From assembly GCA_028695945.1 (NCBI GenBank), contig JAQVIB010000001.1:1-38368 (forward strand): DNA of 38,368 bases. The letters run 5' to 3'. The notes under the pieces are model-generated. The model worked only from the letters and a program-made list of their open reading frames with translations. It made no database searches and was not told the origin of the DNA. This document shows, piece after piece, positions 28,141 to 37,356 of this stretch (position 1 is its first letter; every line of letters starts with the position of its first letter). The DNA comes from Lachnospiraceae bacterium. Its GTDB lineage: Bacteria > Bacillota > Clostridia > Lachnospirales > Anaerotignaceae. Position numbers and translations under genes: made by a program.

Positions 28141-29538
28141 CTATAAAACATCCGCAAAATGCACTTTTAATCTTCTAAACAAGCTAATTCCTGCAAAAAA
28201 CAAAAATGCTATTATAAACCAAAAATAAATTGTCTGACTAAAGCTTGGAAAAACAGGTTCACTCCCAATCATACAATTTCTATAACCCTGCACAATATAA
28301 AACATAGGATTAAGCTTGAAAAATTTAATAAGCTTTATTGGTAATATATTTATATCCCACATAATAGGCGTAAGCCACATCATAATTTGTAATATAATAT
28401 TAATAATTTGGGTTAAATCTCTAAAAAATATAACCACAGATGCCGTTATAAATGAAATGCCGATAATAAGCACAATCATGCATATCATATAGTAAAAAAT
28501 TCCAACCATTCTTAATGCAGGGAAAACACCATTTATTGTGTACAATCCTACCAAAAAAGCCACAAAAAATAAATGAACAAAAAATGCTGAAAGTATTTTA
28601 ACTAGTGGCAAAATATCTATTTTAAATACAACCTTTTTTACTAGATAGCTGTATTCCATAAAGCAGTTTGTTGCACTGCTCCATGCATCCGAAAAGAAAA
28701 ACCACGGAACAATTCCAGCAGTAAGCCATAACGCAAATGGTACATCACTTACAGGTGAACTTTTTAAACCAAATGTAAAAACAAACCAGAATATTAATAT
28801 AGTACAAATAGGCTGGACAAACGCCCACAATATGCCAAAATATGACCCTGCAAATTTGACTTTAAAATCATTTAGTGCTAATGACAAAAGCAGTTTTCTA
28901 TCATTAAATACGCTCTTTGCTAAAAGATATACATCTTCTAAATATACAAATTTATATATAACAATTAAAAATACAAATGCTATAAAAAATGCGGTGATAA
29001 AATAATAAATATTATTTATAGGCTCTAAGTAATCAAGCGTCAATAAAATATATGAATCATTTCCTTCTGTTCTAAAATTAATAAAACCATTGTTTTCAGA
29101 AACTACTATCTGGTTTAATTTGATTTCCTGAGAATTGATTAATGAAGACAACTCCTCAGAAGAGAAAAAACATTTTTTATTTCCTTTTAAAATTTCTAAT
29201 GACGTAATACTGAAATTAATTCCTGACTCACTTCCAAAATCTATTCTAAGCTCTTGAGCTTCTTGAGGAAAAACAATCGAAATATCCTTAAATGTTTTAT
29301 TTTTAGATGTAGAAACTTCGGCATTTAAAGAATGTGGCTCATCAAAATTAAAATTGCCTTTTCCTTGGGTATAAAAAAGCTGTAGAGTTTCATTTTTATC
29401 AGAATAAATATTTATTTTAACCTTTCCTACGCTGTAATTTGGAATTGCTACAACACTTAAGGATAAAAACATAACAACAAATAAAAAAAAGTAAATAAAA
29501 ATTCTTTTTAAGTTTAATTTTTTCATATATTCTCCCAT
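28141..29538 (-). CDS. ABC-2 type polysaccharide exporter permease (Wzm/TagG-like) with an unusual ~190-aa N-terminal extension (alternative start 29526)
   Basis: The canonical Wzm core starts near LALNDFKVKFAGSYFGILWAFVQP and has 6 TM helices. It is preceded by one TM helix, a ~140-aa hydrophilic domain and a second TM helix. The ATG at 29538 overlaps the rfbD stop (TGATG). Confidence 0.8.
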   Translation of the reverse strand: MGEYMKKLNLKRIFIYFFLFVVMFLSLSVVAIPNYSVGKVKINIYSDKNETLQLFYTQGKGNFNFDEPHSLNAEVSTSKNKTFKDISIVFPQEAQELRIDFGSESGINFSITSLEILKGNKKCFFSSEELSSLINSQEIKLNQIVVSENNGFINFRTEGNDSYILLTLDYLEPINNIYYFITAFFIAFVFLIVIYKFVYLEDVYLLAKSVFNDRKLLLSLALNDFKVKFAGSYFGILWAFVQPICTILIFWFVFTFGLKSSPVSDVPFALWLTAGIVPWFFFSDAWSSATNCFMEYSYLVKKVVFKIDILPLVKILSAFFVHLFFVAFLVGLYTINGVFPALRMVGIFYYMICMIVLIIGISFITASVVIFFRDLTQIINIILQIMMWLTPIMWDINILPIKLIKFFKLNPMFYIVQGYRNCMIGSEPVFPSFSQTIYFWFIIAFLFFAGISLFRRLKVHFADVL

Positions 29539-30383
29539 CAGCCATCAATCTCTTTTAGAAACCTTTTCAAAGCATCCTTCCAATGAGCTAGCCTTTGAAA
29601 TTTTGCCTCATCCAAAATTTCTTTATTTAGTCTTGAATTTAATGGCCTTACAGTCTTCGTAGGATATTCCGTGGTTTTTATAAAATTAACCTTTGTTTTA
29701 TAATTTGATAATCTAAATATCTCCTCAGCAAACTCTGCCCACGAACAAAACCCTTCATTTGTTGCGTGATATATTCCGTATTTATCTGTCATCACCATAT
29801 CACACAGCAATTTAGCCAAATCTGCTGTATAGGTTGGTGAACCAACCTGGTCACATACAACACTTATTTCACTGCGTTCTTTTCCTAGTCTAAGCATAGT
29901 CTTAATAAAATTATTTCCATTTTTCCCAAATACCCATGAAATTCTAACAATAAAATACTTGTCTAAAATCTTCTTAACAGTATTTTCTCCTTCAAGCTTC
30001 GTTTTTCCGTATACACCTAAAGGTCCTGTTTCATCATTCACATCGTAAGCCTTATTGCCGGTACCTGAGAAAACATAATCAGTACTAATATAAATCATTT
30101 TAGCATCGACAGCCTCGCAAGCTTTTGCAATATTTTCTGTTCCATATACATTTACCATATGGCACAACCCGGGTTCATCCTCTGCTTTATCTACCGCAGT
30201 GTATGCTGCACAATGAATAACCGCCTTCGGCTTATAACTTGATATATATTCCATAACGTCATTTTCTTTTGTTATATCAAATTCCCTTCTTCCAACCCCA
30301 GTACACTCAATATTTCTGCTTTTAAGAACCTTAACAACATCATATCCAAGTTGTCCATTTACACCTGTAACAAGTATTCTCAT
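29538..30383 (-). CDS. rfbD: dTDP-4-dehydrorhamnose reductase (the track ORF extends to a TTG at 30419)
   Basis: MRILVTGVNGQLGYDV..., CAAYTAVDKAE, YGKTKLEGE, SPTYTADLA. Confidence 0.9.
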   Translation of the reverse strand: MRILVTGVNGQLGYDVVKVLKSRNIECTGVGRREFDITKENDVMEYISSYKPKAVIHCAAYTAVDKAEDEPGLCHMVNVYGTENIAKACEAVDAKMIYISTDYVFSGTGNKAYDVNDETGPLGVYGKTKLEGENTVKKILDKYFIVRISWVFGKNGNNFIKTMLRLGKERSEISVVCDQVGSPTYTADLAKLLCDMVMTDKYGIYHATNEGFCSWAEFAEEIFRLSNYKTKVNFIKTTEYPTKTVRPLNSRLNKEILDEAKFQRLAHWKDALKRFLKEIDG

Positions 30384-30396
30384 AAAAACATCCTTT

Positions 30397-31323
30397 TTAA
30401 ATATATAAAATATAGCCAATATTTCTTACAATTCCATTTTTAAAAGTTTTGATTTTAAAAATGTTGTATATTTTTACAGCCTTGCTTTTTTTAGGTAACA
30501 TATAATACGTTTTTAGCAATTTTTTTTGTCGCACATTAAGCAATTCTTTATAGGATTTATAAAAAGCTTCAGCCTGTCTATATGTATCTGTTAAAGCCCT
30601 TTTAATTGTTTTAAATTTTACCATGTATAAAATAATAAATTTTAATGACCTCATATTTCTTACGCCAACGGAATTATTATTATGCTGCCTATACAAAATA
30701 GTGGGTTCATTCACATGGTGAATACTTCCGAATGCCGCTGCTATAATTGCAAGCCACCAGTCGTGCATAACCATATAGCCTTCAGGCTTTATTATTAATT
30801 CCCCCAGTGCCCTGTTATACATAACAGTACATCCTGTAACAATATTTTGTATAAGTAAGTTATTCAAACATGTTTTGTTATAATCAGCATACATAAATTT
30901 TTTAAATGATGGAGCAATTATATTTAAATTGTCATCAACAATCTTCAAATCCGAATGAACTAATATTGGCTTCCTGCCACCGTTATTTTTCTCTAGCTGC
31001 TGCATTTTTTTCAGCGTAATTTCAATTTTTTTAGGAAGCCAAACATCATCTTGGTCACATAGCATAATATAGTCATCTTTATGATTCAACATCATTTTCA
31101 TAAAGTTATACTTTGCACTTCCTGAGTTTTTCTCATTTCTTGTAACCTTAATTTTTTTGGGGTATTTTGCCTCAAAAAGTTTTTCAATCTCATAAGTTTT
31201 ATCCGTAGAACAGTCATCATTAATATAAAGGATAAAGTCCCCATACGTCTGATTTATGATAGACTCTATTTGCTGGGCAATATATTTTTCACCATTATAA
31301 GAAGCCAATAAAATTGAAATCAT
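30397..31323 (-). CDS. GT2-family glycosyltransferase (rhamnosyltransferase-like)
   Basis: MISILLASYNGEKYIAQQIESIINQTY...YINDDCSTDKT and the DQDDVW DxD motif. Confidence 0.85.
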   Translation of the reverse strand: MISILLASYNGEKYIAQQIESIINQTYGDFILYINDDCSTDKTYEIEKLFEAKYPKKIKVTRNEKNSGSAKYNFMKMMLNHKDDYIMLCDQDDVWLPKKIEITLKKMQQLEKNNGGRKPILVHSDLKIVDDNLNIIAPSFKKFMYADYNKTCLNNLLIQNIVTGCTVMYNRALGELIIKPEGYMVMHDWWLAIIAAAFGSIHHVNEPTILYRQHNNNSVGVRNMRSLKFIILYMVKFKTIKRALTDTYRQAEAFYKSYKELLNVRQKKLLKTYYMLPKKSKAVKIYNIFKIKTFKNGIVRNIGYILYI

Positions 31324-31329
31324 AACTCA

Positions 31330-32154
31330 TTATCCTTGCTTTCTCAAAATTTTCTGATAAAACCATTTTGTTGCACACGTTGGCATAAAACACAGAATGA
31401 CCTGTAATAAGGAAAGTAATAAAAAATCCCAAAAGGAGGAGAATCCTCTTCTCCAATTCAAAAACCGAACATATATAAATCCTTTTGTATTGTTCCAGTT
31501 TTTTCTCCTCTGAAAGGTATCATCTGTTAATCGGTAGTATAAAAGGCTTTCAGGAATATTTTCGCATACTGCTCCCCTCATAATAAGCCTAACTGCCAAA
31601 TCATAGTCCTCGCATCTTTTCATTTTTCTGTAACCGCCACATGCAATAACCTTTGACTTTTTATACATAACCGTGGGATTATTAAAGGGGTTTCTTCTTT
31701 TTGCATACCTTTTTATCTCGTGGTTTGTTAAGGGAACTTTTCTAACAGAAGCCACATTTTCCGTGCTACAGACAAATTCCTTGGCATAACTTCCTATATA
31801 ATCAAGTGCAGGATTTTGCTGGAATTTCAGCATCTGAATTTCACACCTTTTACGCACTGAAATATCATCTGAATCCATTCTTGCAATCAACTCATTTTTA
31901 CAAAACTTTAACCCCTTGTTTAGTGCATTCCAAACTCCAAAATTTTCCTTTATTCTAACAATGGTAAATAATCCTTCATTGTCTTTTTCAAAATGGCTTA
32001 TTATACTATTATGAGTATCCTTTAATTCCCCGTCACAAACAATTACTATTTGGCTTGGCCTTAACGTTTGGTTCAGCATGCTTTCTACTGCTGCTCTAAA
32101 ATATTCAGGCTCATCATTTATATATACAGCCATCAATACTGAATATTGGTTCAA
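31330..32154 (-). CDS. GT2-family glycosyltransferase with a C-terminal membrane-associated tail
   Basis: YSVLMAVYINDEPEYFRAAVESMLNQT, the VCDGEL region and an RMDSDD DxD motif. The C-terminus is hydrophobic (FWDFLLLSLLQVILCFMP). Confidence 0.85.
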   Translation of the reverse strand: MNQYSVLMAVYINDEPEYFRAAVESMLNQTLRPSQIVIVCDGELKDTHNSIISHFEKDNEGLFTIVRIKENFGVWNALNKGLKFCKNELIARMDSDDISVRKRCEIQMLKFQQNPALDYIGSYAKEFVCSTENVASVRKVPLTNHEIKRYAKRRNPFNNPTVMYKKSKVIACGGYRKMKRCEDYDLAVRLIMRGAVCENIPESLLYYRLTDDTFQRRKNWNNTKGFIYVRFLNWRRGFSSFWDFLLLSLLQVILCFMPTCATKWFYQKILRKQG

Positions 32155-32165
32155 GACTTTACTCC

Positions 32166-33185
32166 TTATCTTCCAACATACATCTTGTCATAATATTTCT
32201 GATACTCTCCGCTAATAATATTTTCCCACCAGCTTTTATTATCCAGATACCATTGTATTGTTTTTTTAATACCTTCGTCAAACAACGTTGTAGGTTCCCA
32301 ACCAAGCTCGTTTTTAATTTTTGTAGGGTCAATGGCATATCTCATGTCATGTCCTAGTCTGTCTGTTACATAGGTAATTAAATCCTCACTTTTACCAAGG
32401 GCATGAATAATGGTTTTTACAACTTGCAAATTTGTACGCTCGTTATGCCCGCCAATGTTGTAAACCTCCCCAACTCTTCCATCATGAATTATTAGATCAA
32501 TTGCACGGCAATGGTCTTCCACATAAAGCCAATCCCGTACATTTTCACCTTTTCCGTAAACAGGAAGAGGTTTTTCGTTCAAGCAATTTGCGATAATAAG
32601 GGGTATCAACTTTTCAGGGAAATGGTACGGTCCATAATTATTGGAGCACCTTGAAATAGTAACAGGAATCCCGAAAGTTCTGTGGTAAGCCTGTACAAGT
32701 AAATCAGCAGCAGCTTTGGATGCAGAATAAGGACTTGAGGTATGAAGTGGTGTTTCTTCTGTAAAAAACAAATCCGTTCTGTCCAAAGGCAAATCTCCAT
32801 AAACTTCGTCTGTGGATACCTGATGATACCTTTTTATCCCATATTTGCGGCATGCATCTAAAAGCACACCCGTTCCAATATAATTTGTTTTAAGAAAAAC
32901 CTCAGGGTCATCTATAGAACGGTCTACGTGACTTTCTGCTGCAAAGTTTACAATAATATCTGGCTTTTCATCCTCAAACAATCCATATACAAATTCTCTG
33001 TCTGCAATATCACCCTTTATAAACTTGAAATTAGGCTTCTCCATAACTGACTTCAGGGTTTCCATATTTCCTGCATATGTTAACGCATCTAAACAAATAA
33101 TTTGGTATTGAGGATATTTATTTACCATATGATGAATAAAGTTCCCGCCAATAAAACCAGCCCCGCCTGTAACTATTATTTTCAT
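32166..33185 (-). CDS. rfbB: dTDP-glucose 4,6-dehydratase
   Basis: MKIIVTGGAGFIGGNF, STDEVYGD, YSASKAAADLL. Its start overlaps the rfbC stop (TAATG). Confidence 0.95.
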   Translation of the reverse strand: MKIIVTGGAGFIGGNFIHHMVNKYPQYQIICLDALTYAGNMETLKSVMEKPNFKFIKGDIADREFVYGLFEDEKPDIIVNFAAESHVDRSIDDPEVFLKTNYIGTGVLLDACRKYGIKRYHQVSTDEVYGDLPLDRTDLFFTEETPLHTSSPYSASKAAADLLVQAYHRTFGIPVTISRCSNNYGPYHFPEKLIPLIIANCLNEKPLPVYGKGENVRDWLYVEDHCRAIDLIIHDGRVGEVYNIGGHNERTNLQVVKTIIHALGKSEDLITYVTDRLGHDMRYAIDPTKIKNELGWEPTTLFDEGIKKTIQWYLDNKSWWENIISGEYQKYYDKMYVGR

Positions 33186-33745
33186 TATTTCACCTCATAA
33201 TTAAAATACACATTCTTTTCATCAAAAAATGGTGCCAAGGCATCCTTATCCGATACAATAGGGTTTTCAATCCCCCAGTTAACTCCTATTTCAGGATCAT
33301 TCCAGCGAATGCTGCCTTCACTTTCAAAGTTATATAAATTATCTGCTTTATATAAGAACTCTACCTCGTCTGTAAGAGTTAAAAATCCATGGGCAAAACC
33401 CCTTGGTATCATAAGTTGACGCTTGTTCTCCTCCGAAAGTTCTGCTGCCACCCATTTTTTATAGGTTGGTGAACCCTTACGAATATCAACAGCAACATCT
33501 ATTACAGCACCCTTGGTACACCGTACAAGCTTGGCTTGGGAAAACTCTCCCTTTTGGAAATGAAGACCTCTTATTGTACCTTTTGTGCTTGAAAAAGACT
33601 GATTATCCTGCACAAAATCATAAAATATGCCTGCCTCCTCCATTTTCTTTTTGGACCAGCTTTCCATAAAGTAGCCTCTTTTATCTCCAAACACTTGTGG
33701 TTCTAAAATGTATACATCCAAAACATCTGTTTTTATCACATTCAT
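33185..33745 (-). CDS. rfbC: dTDP-4-dehydrorhamnose 3,5-epimerase
   Basis: FGDKRGYFMESW, RGLHFQ, KLVRCTKGAVIDVAVDIRKGSPTY, PRGFAHGF. Confidence 0.95.
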   Translation of the reverse strand: MNVIKTDVLDVYILEPQVFGDKRGYFMESWSKKKMEEAGIFYDFVQDNQSFSSTKGTIRGLHFQKGEFSQAKLVRCTKGAVIDVAVDIRKGSPTYKKWVAAELSEENKRQLMIPRGFAHGFLTLTDEVEFLYKADNLYNFESEGSIRWNDPEIGVNWGIENPIVSDKDALAPFFDEKNVYFNYEVK

Positions 33746-33759
33746 GATTTCAAATCCTC

Positions 33760-34638
33760 CTAATATAATATTTTACCTTGAGCGACCCTTTTTAAGTGAT
33801 TGCCATATTCGGATTTTCCGTACATTTCAGCTGATTCCAAAAGATTTTCCTTGGTAATCCAACCGTTTATATATGCAATTTCCTCTATTGCAGAAATTTT
33901 AATTCCTTGTCTACTTTCTATGACCTTAACAAATTCTGTGGCATCCGCCAAGGCATCTACCGTACCTGTGTCCAGCCATGCATAACCTCTTCCAAGTGTT
34001 ACAACATTAAGCGTATCGTTCTCAAGGTACATTTTGTTTAAATCGGTAATTTCCAATTCTCCCCTATCAGAAGGTTTAACCTGCTTTGCCAGCTGACAAA
34101 CTCGGCTATCATAAAAATAAAGGCCTGTAACACAATAATTAGATTTGGGGTTTTTAGGCTTTTCCTCTAAGGAAATTACTTTTCCATTTTTATCAAATTC
34201 CACAATTCCAAACCTTTCAGGATCTTCTACATAATATCCAAAAACCGTTGCTCCAGCTTTTCTTCCTGCCGCCTCCTTCAAATGCTTAGTAAGCCCACTT
34301 CCATAAAAAATATTATCTCCTAAAATCATTGCACAACTTTCGCCTGCAATGAATTTTTCACCTATAATAAAAGCCTGTGCTAGTCCGTCTGGAGAAGGCT
34401 GCTCTGCATAGCATAAACTTATTCCAAACTTTGAACCGTCACCTAAAAGGCTCTTAAAATTTGGCAAATCATTAGGGGTGGAAATAATTAAAATATCTTT
34501 TATGCCTGCTAGCATAAGAGTAGATAACGGGTAATAAATCATAGGCTTATCATATACAGGCAACAACTGCTTAGATGTCACCATAGTTAGTGGATAAAGC
34601 CTCGTTCCAGAACCGCCCGCCAAAATTATTCCTTTCAT
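33760..34638 (-). CDS. rfbA: Glucose-1-phosphate thymidylyltransferase
   Basis: [44 protein letters not shown]. Confidence 0.95.
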   Translation of the reverse strand: MKGIILAGGSGTRLYPLTMVTSKQLLPVYDKPMIYYPLSTLMLAGIKDILIISTPNDLPNFKSLLGDGSKFGISLCYAEQPSPDGLAQAFIIGEKFIAGESCAMILGDNIFYGSGLTKHLKEAAGRKAGATVFGYYVEDPERFGIVEFDKNGKVISLEEKPKNPKSNYCVTGLYFYDSRVCQLAKQVKPSDRGELEITDLNKMYLENDTLNVVTLGRGYAWLDTGTVDALADATEFVKVIESRQGIKISAIEEIAYINGWITKENLLESAEMYGKSEYGNHLKRVAQGKILY

Positions 34639-34673
34639 ACTCTAACCTCCTAATTTAAAACAATAGTTGTTTT

Positions 34674-34703
34674 ATTATATCATACAATTTTGTAAAAATC
34701 TAA
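34674..34703 (-). promoter_or_regulatory. Candidate promoter of the glycan operon (extended -10 TGATATAAT)
   Basis: On the minus strand TATAAT is at 34674-34679 with TG at 34681-34682. A weak -35 TTAGAT lies at 34698-34703 (18-nt spacer), about 35 nt upstream of the rfbA ATG. Confidence 0.4.
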
Positions 34704-34959
34704 CCTATATATTGTAAATATACATTTTCATATATAATTCATATATAAAAAATAATACTTGTAATATTTTGTTTCATCCTCTAATGTAAATTAAATTGCT
34801 TTTTTACCACCCTTCCTTTTCTTCACCTTACAATAATAAATAATACCTCTCGAGCAAAATAATATTTAAAACGATTATTAATAACTTCTATAGATGTAAT
34901 TATTGGTTGTTAAATCTGCTACCATTGACTTACAACCACCTAGATTGGAGAGGATTTCC

Positions 34960-35256
34960 TTGGAAGTGAACAAAAAAATTACATTTTTAAGAGAGCAAAA
35001 GGGACTAACTGTTAACAAACTGGCTAACCAAGCTGGTATCTCCCAAAGCTTTTTACGTGAAATAGAACTAGGCAACAAAAAACCTACCATCGAAACTCTA
35101 TCCTTAGTGTGTGGCGCTTTGGATGTTTCCTTAAAGGATTTTTTTGACGATTCCTTTGAGACAAACCTGCAAAAGGAAGAATTATTGCAGGAAATTTTTC
35201 GCCTTACTCCTGAACAAATAAAGCTTTTAACCCAATTTTTAAAAAGCTTGCATTGA
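34960..35256 (+). CDS. XRE-family helix-turn-helix transcriptional regulator (the track ORF starts at a TTG at 34903; TTG at 34960 after RBS GGAGAGGA is preferred)
   Basis: ITFLREQKGLTVNKLANQAGISQSFLREIELGNKKPTIETLSLVCGALDVSLKDFF is a canonical HTH_XRE (Cro/C1) domain. The gene is divergent from the glycan operon. Confidence 0.8.
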   Translation: MEVNKKITFLREQKGLTVNKLANQAGISQSFLREIELGNKKPTIETLSLVCGALDVSLKDFFDDSFETNLQKEELLQEIFRLTPEQIKLLTQFLKSLH

Positions 35257-35261
35257 CTTAA

Positions 35262-35312
35262 AGAGCATCTTCCTATAGTAATTTAGGAAGATGCTCTAAT
35301 TTTCATATTTTT
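35262..35312 (+). terminator. Intrinsic terminator after the XRE gene
   Basis: Perfect 14-bp stem AGAGCATCTTCCTA (35262-35275) with TAGGAAGATGCTCT (35284-35297), an 8-nt loop, then AATTTTCATATTTTT. Confidence 0.65.
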
Positions 35313-35403
35313 AGTTAATGCCGCCGTGTCCACATATCTTTTAATTTCCCACCCTTTTTGAGAACTTTCTAAGCACTCTATTATTAATCTCTTTCCCTTC
35401 ATA

Positions 35404-35841
35404 TTATTCTAAATCACGAAGAAAACTATAATAGTGATCTTCTACCCCCTTATGTGTTCCTTTTTCTCCATATTGAGATGACGAATAATCATCTACGTAA
35501 ACATAGACCTGTACAAAGAACTTTGCCCTCCCAGGATATCCAGTTTGATCAATGGCATCTACATAAGATTTTACATCATATATACGATATTGAAGATATC
35601 CATCACCTAAATCTTCTAGTACTAATGAATTGTATTTCACCATCCCCTCTATGTACTCTGGATATGATGAGGATTCAGGGTTAAATAAATGTGCATCTAC
35701 ACATTCTTGTGCTGTTGAATAAAATTCTGGTAGTCTAGATTTTGGAGAACTCTCTCCACCTTTAATTACTAATATAATAGATATAATTGCTCCAATAATA
35801 AATATCCACTGAATCTTCGAAATACTTGTGCCATCCTCCAT
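35404..35841 (-). CDS. Hypothetical N-terminally membrane-anchored protein
   Basis: 145 aa with one TM helix (IQWIFIIGAIISIILVI) and an aromatic/acidic ectodomain. A GGAG RBS is present. I do not recognise a family. Confidence 0.5.
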   Translation of the reverse strand: MEDGTSISKIQWIFIIGAIISIILVIKGGESSPKSRLPEFYSTAQECVDAHLFNPESSSYPEYIEGMVKYNSLVLEDLGDGYLQYRIYDVKSYVDAIDQTGYPGRAKFFVQVYVYVDDYSSSQYGEKGTHKGVEDHYYSFLRDLE

Positions 35842-35919
35842 ATGAAATTTGCTCCTTTTTAGAATAATATCAACCCGTCAGTATACATTTTATAAATATT
35901 TTTTCCACTGCAGATGCTA

Positions 35920-36996
35920 CTAGCTATTTAATTTCCCTCTGTACTCGGCATCAAGTGCTCTCCACATTTCTTCTGCAAAGTCGTCTAGTGACACTTTTCT
36001 AAAAGTAACTTCTTTGTCTCCAGTAAAAATACTGATTACCTGCCCATTCTGTAAAACAAATTCTAATATGTAATAGGCTTCCTCTTTAGATGAAATATCC
36101 ATTTTTTCCCAATCATCATCTTCTATGTATCCCGCGATTACCAAGGAATCATTTTCAAATTCTATAACACTCATACTAAACTTTCCTTTCCAATGACCAT
36201 CTTCATATATGCTTAAACACAAATTTTCATCCAATGAGAAGCCAGTTCCCGTGTCTGTAATATAATGTCCTTTTATTTCAGCATTGGCATATTCATCTAT
36301 GTCCATCCCTGGATTATAAGTGTTATATCCATAAATAACTTCATTTTCATCAGCTTTTTCTTCCACCATATCATAACTATTAGAGCTATATAACGCCGGA
36401 AATACCTGTGTTTTTACAACAGCCACAACAGGTAAGCTTAAAAGGAGGGACGACATCAAAGAAAATAGCGCTACATTTTTAACAGAAGTACCTCCATATT
36501 CTTTTAAGCTTTTCTTTTCCGCTATTTTTTTCTTCAAACTTTCGAAATACAGTCTGTTAAAGTTTCTCCCTAATCGCACCTGTGCAACATACAGCCACAC
36601 AGTTGCTACAAACGATAACCCCAACCAAACCATCATCCACTTTAGTAGTGCATCAATATCCATGGTTCCATCCAAAATCTGTATTGTTGACCCAAGAAAA
36701 GAAATTAAAAATCCACTCAGTGGCACCTTTAAATACTTCCATAACATATCATACTGTTTTCTGTATACACAATAAAACGGGCCAAACCAAAATGCCACCC
36801 AGTTAAAGCTGCCCTTTTGTGCCGCAGCCACATTGGAAAATTCCCGAGAGAAGTATGCTTCATTTTTTCCAACGTAATTTGCAATATCGTTCTTATTCAT
36901 TACTTGCTTTAAGTAACCTTCTTCCACCTCATTTGCACAGTTAGGACAAAATCTTGAACCTATGGGTAGCACCGACCCACAATATTTACAGTACAT
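35920..36996 (-). CDS. Zinc-ribbon plus DUF2628-like membrane protein with a C-terminal soluble domain
   Basis: N-terminal MYCKYCGSVLPIGSRFCPNC zinc ribbon, then NWVAFWFGPFYCVYRKQY (DUF2628-like), about 4 TM helices and a ~150-aa acidic C-terminal domain. Confidence 0.6.
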   Translation of the reverse strand: MYCKYCGSVLPIGSRFCPNCANEVEEGYLKQVMNKNDIANYVGKNEAYFSREFSNVAAAQKGSFNWVAFWFGPFYCVYRKQYDMLWKYLKVPLSGFLISFLGSTIQILDGTMDIDALLKWMMVWLGLSFVATVWLYVAQVRLGRNFNRLYFESLKKKIAEKKSLKEYGGTSVKNVALFSLMSSLLLSLPVVAVVKTQVFPALYSSNSYDMVEEKADENEVIYGYNTYNPGMDIDEYANAEIKGHYITDTGTGFSLDENLCLSIYEDGHWKGKFSMSVIEFENDSLVIAGYIEDDDWEKMDISSKEEAYYILEFVLQNGQVISIFTGDKEVTFRKVSLDDFAEEMWRALDAEYRGKLNS

Positions 36997-37040
36997 TATA
37001 ATTCCCCTTCCCTTATGTCATCTAATCAAGCCAAGGCTTA

Positions 37041-37217
37041 CTATGCACCCTGAATCATGTTAAAAATCACCCACGTCACTACTAAAATTGTCACAAACCG
37101 TTTTTTCCCATTAAATAGCATTGCCTTTGCTCCAATGACTTTCATAAATAATCCCGACACCACGTTCACCAGAATGCTGCTGATAATAAAACTAACTATT
37201 ACATATGTAATCTCCAT
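37041..37217 (-). CDS. Small 58-aa two-TM membrane protein (below the ORF-track length cutoff)
   Basis: My translation is MEITYVIVSFIISSILVNVVSGLFMKVIGAKAMLFNGKKRFVTILVVTWVIFNMIQGA*. RBS AAGAGGA lies 5 nt upstream of the ATG at 37217, and the stop is 44 nt upstream of the next gene's start. The opposing 37057-37254 track ORF has no RBS. Confidence 0.45.
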   Translation of the reverse strand: MEITYVIVSFIISSILVNVVSGLFMKVIGAKAMLFNGKKRFVTILVVTWVIFNMIQGA

Positions 37218-37356
37218 AACCGTCCTCTTTTCTTATCATAAATTTAAATTTTAGTAACATTCCTCTTCCCACCTCAACCACCATTTTTAAAGCTGCAACA
37301 TTTGTCAAAAAAACATCCACCTCATCTAACCCATTTGATTTTAGGAATAATCTATA

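Noticed and set aside
32606-35090. ORFs 32606-32800(-), 33466-33669(+), 33800-33985(+) and 34878-35090(-)
   Set aside because: They are alternative-frame or antisense ORFs overlapping rfbB, rfbC, rfbA and the XRE gene.
37057-37254. Plus-strand 65-aa ORF 37057-37254
   Set aside because: It has no RBS. The opposite strand carries a 58-aa two-TM ORF with a strong RBS that is co-oriented with the downstream genes, and that ORF is preferred.
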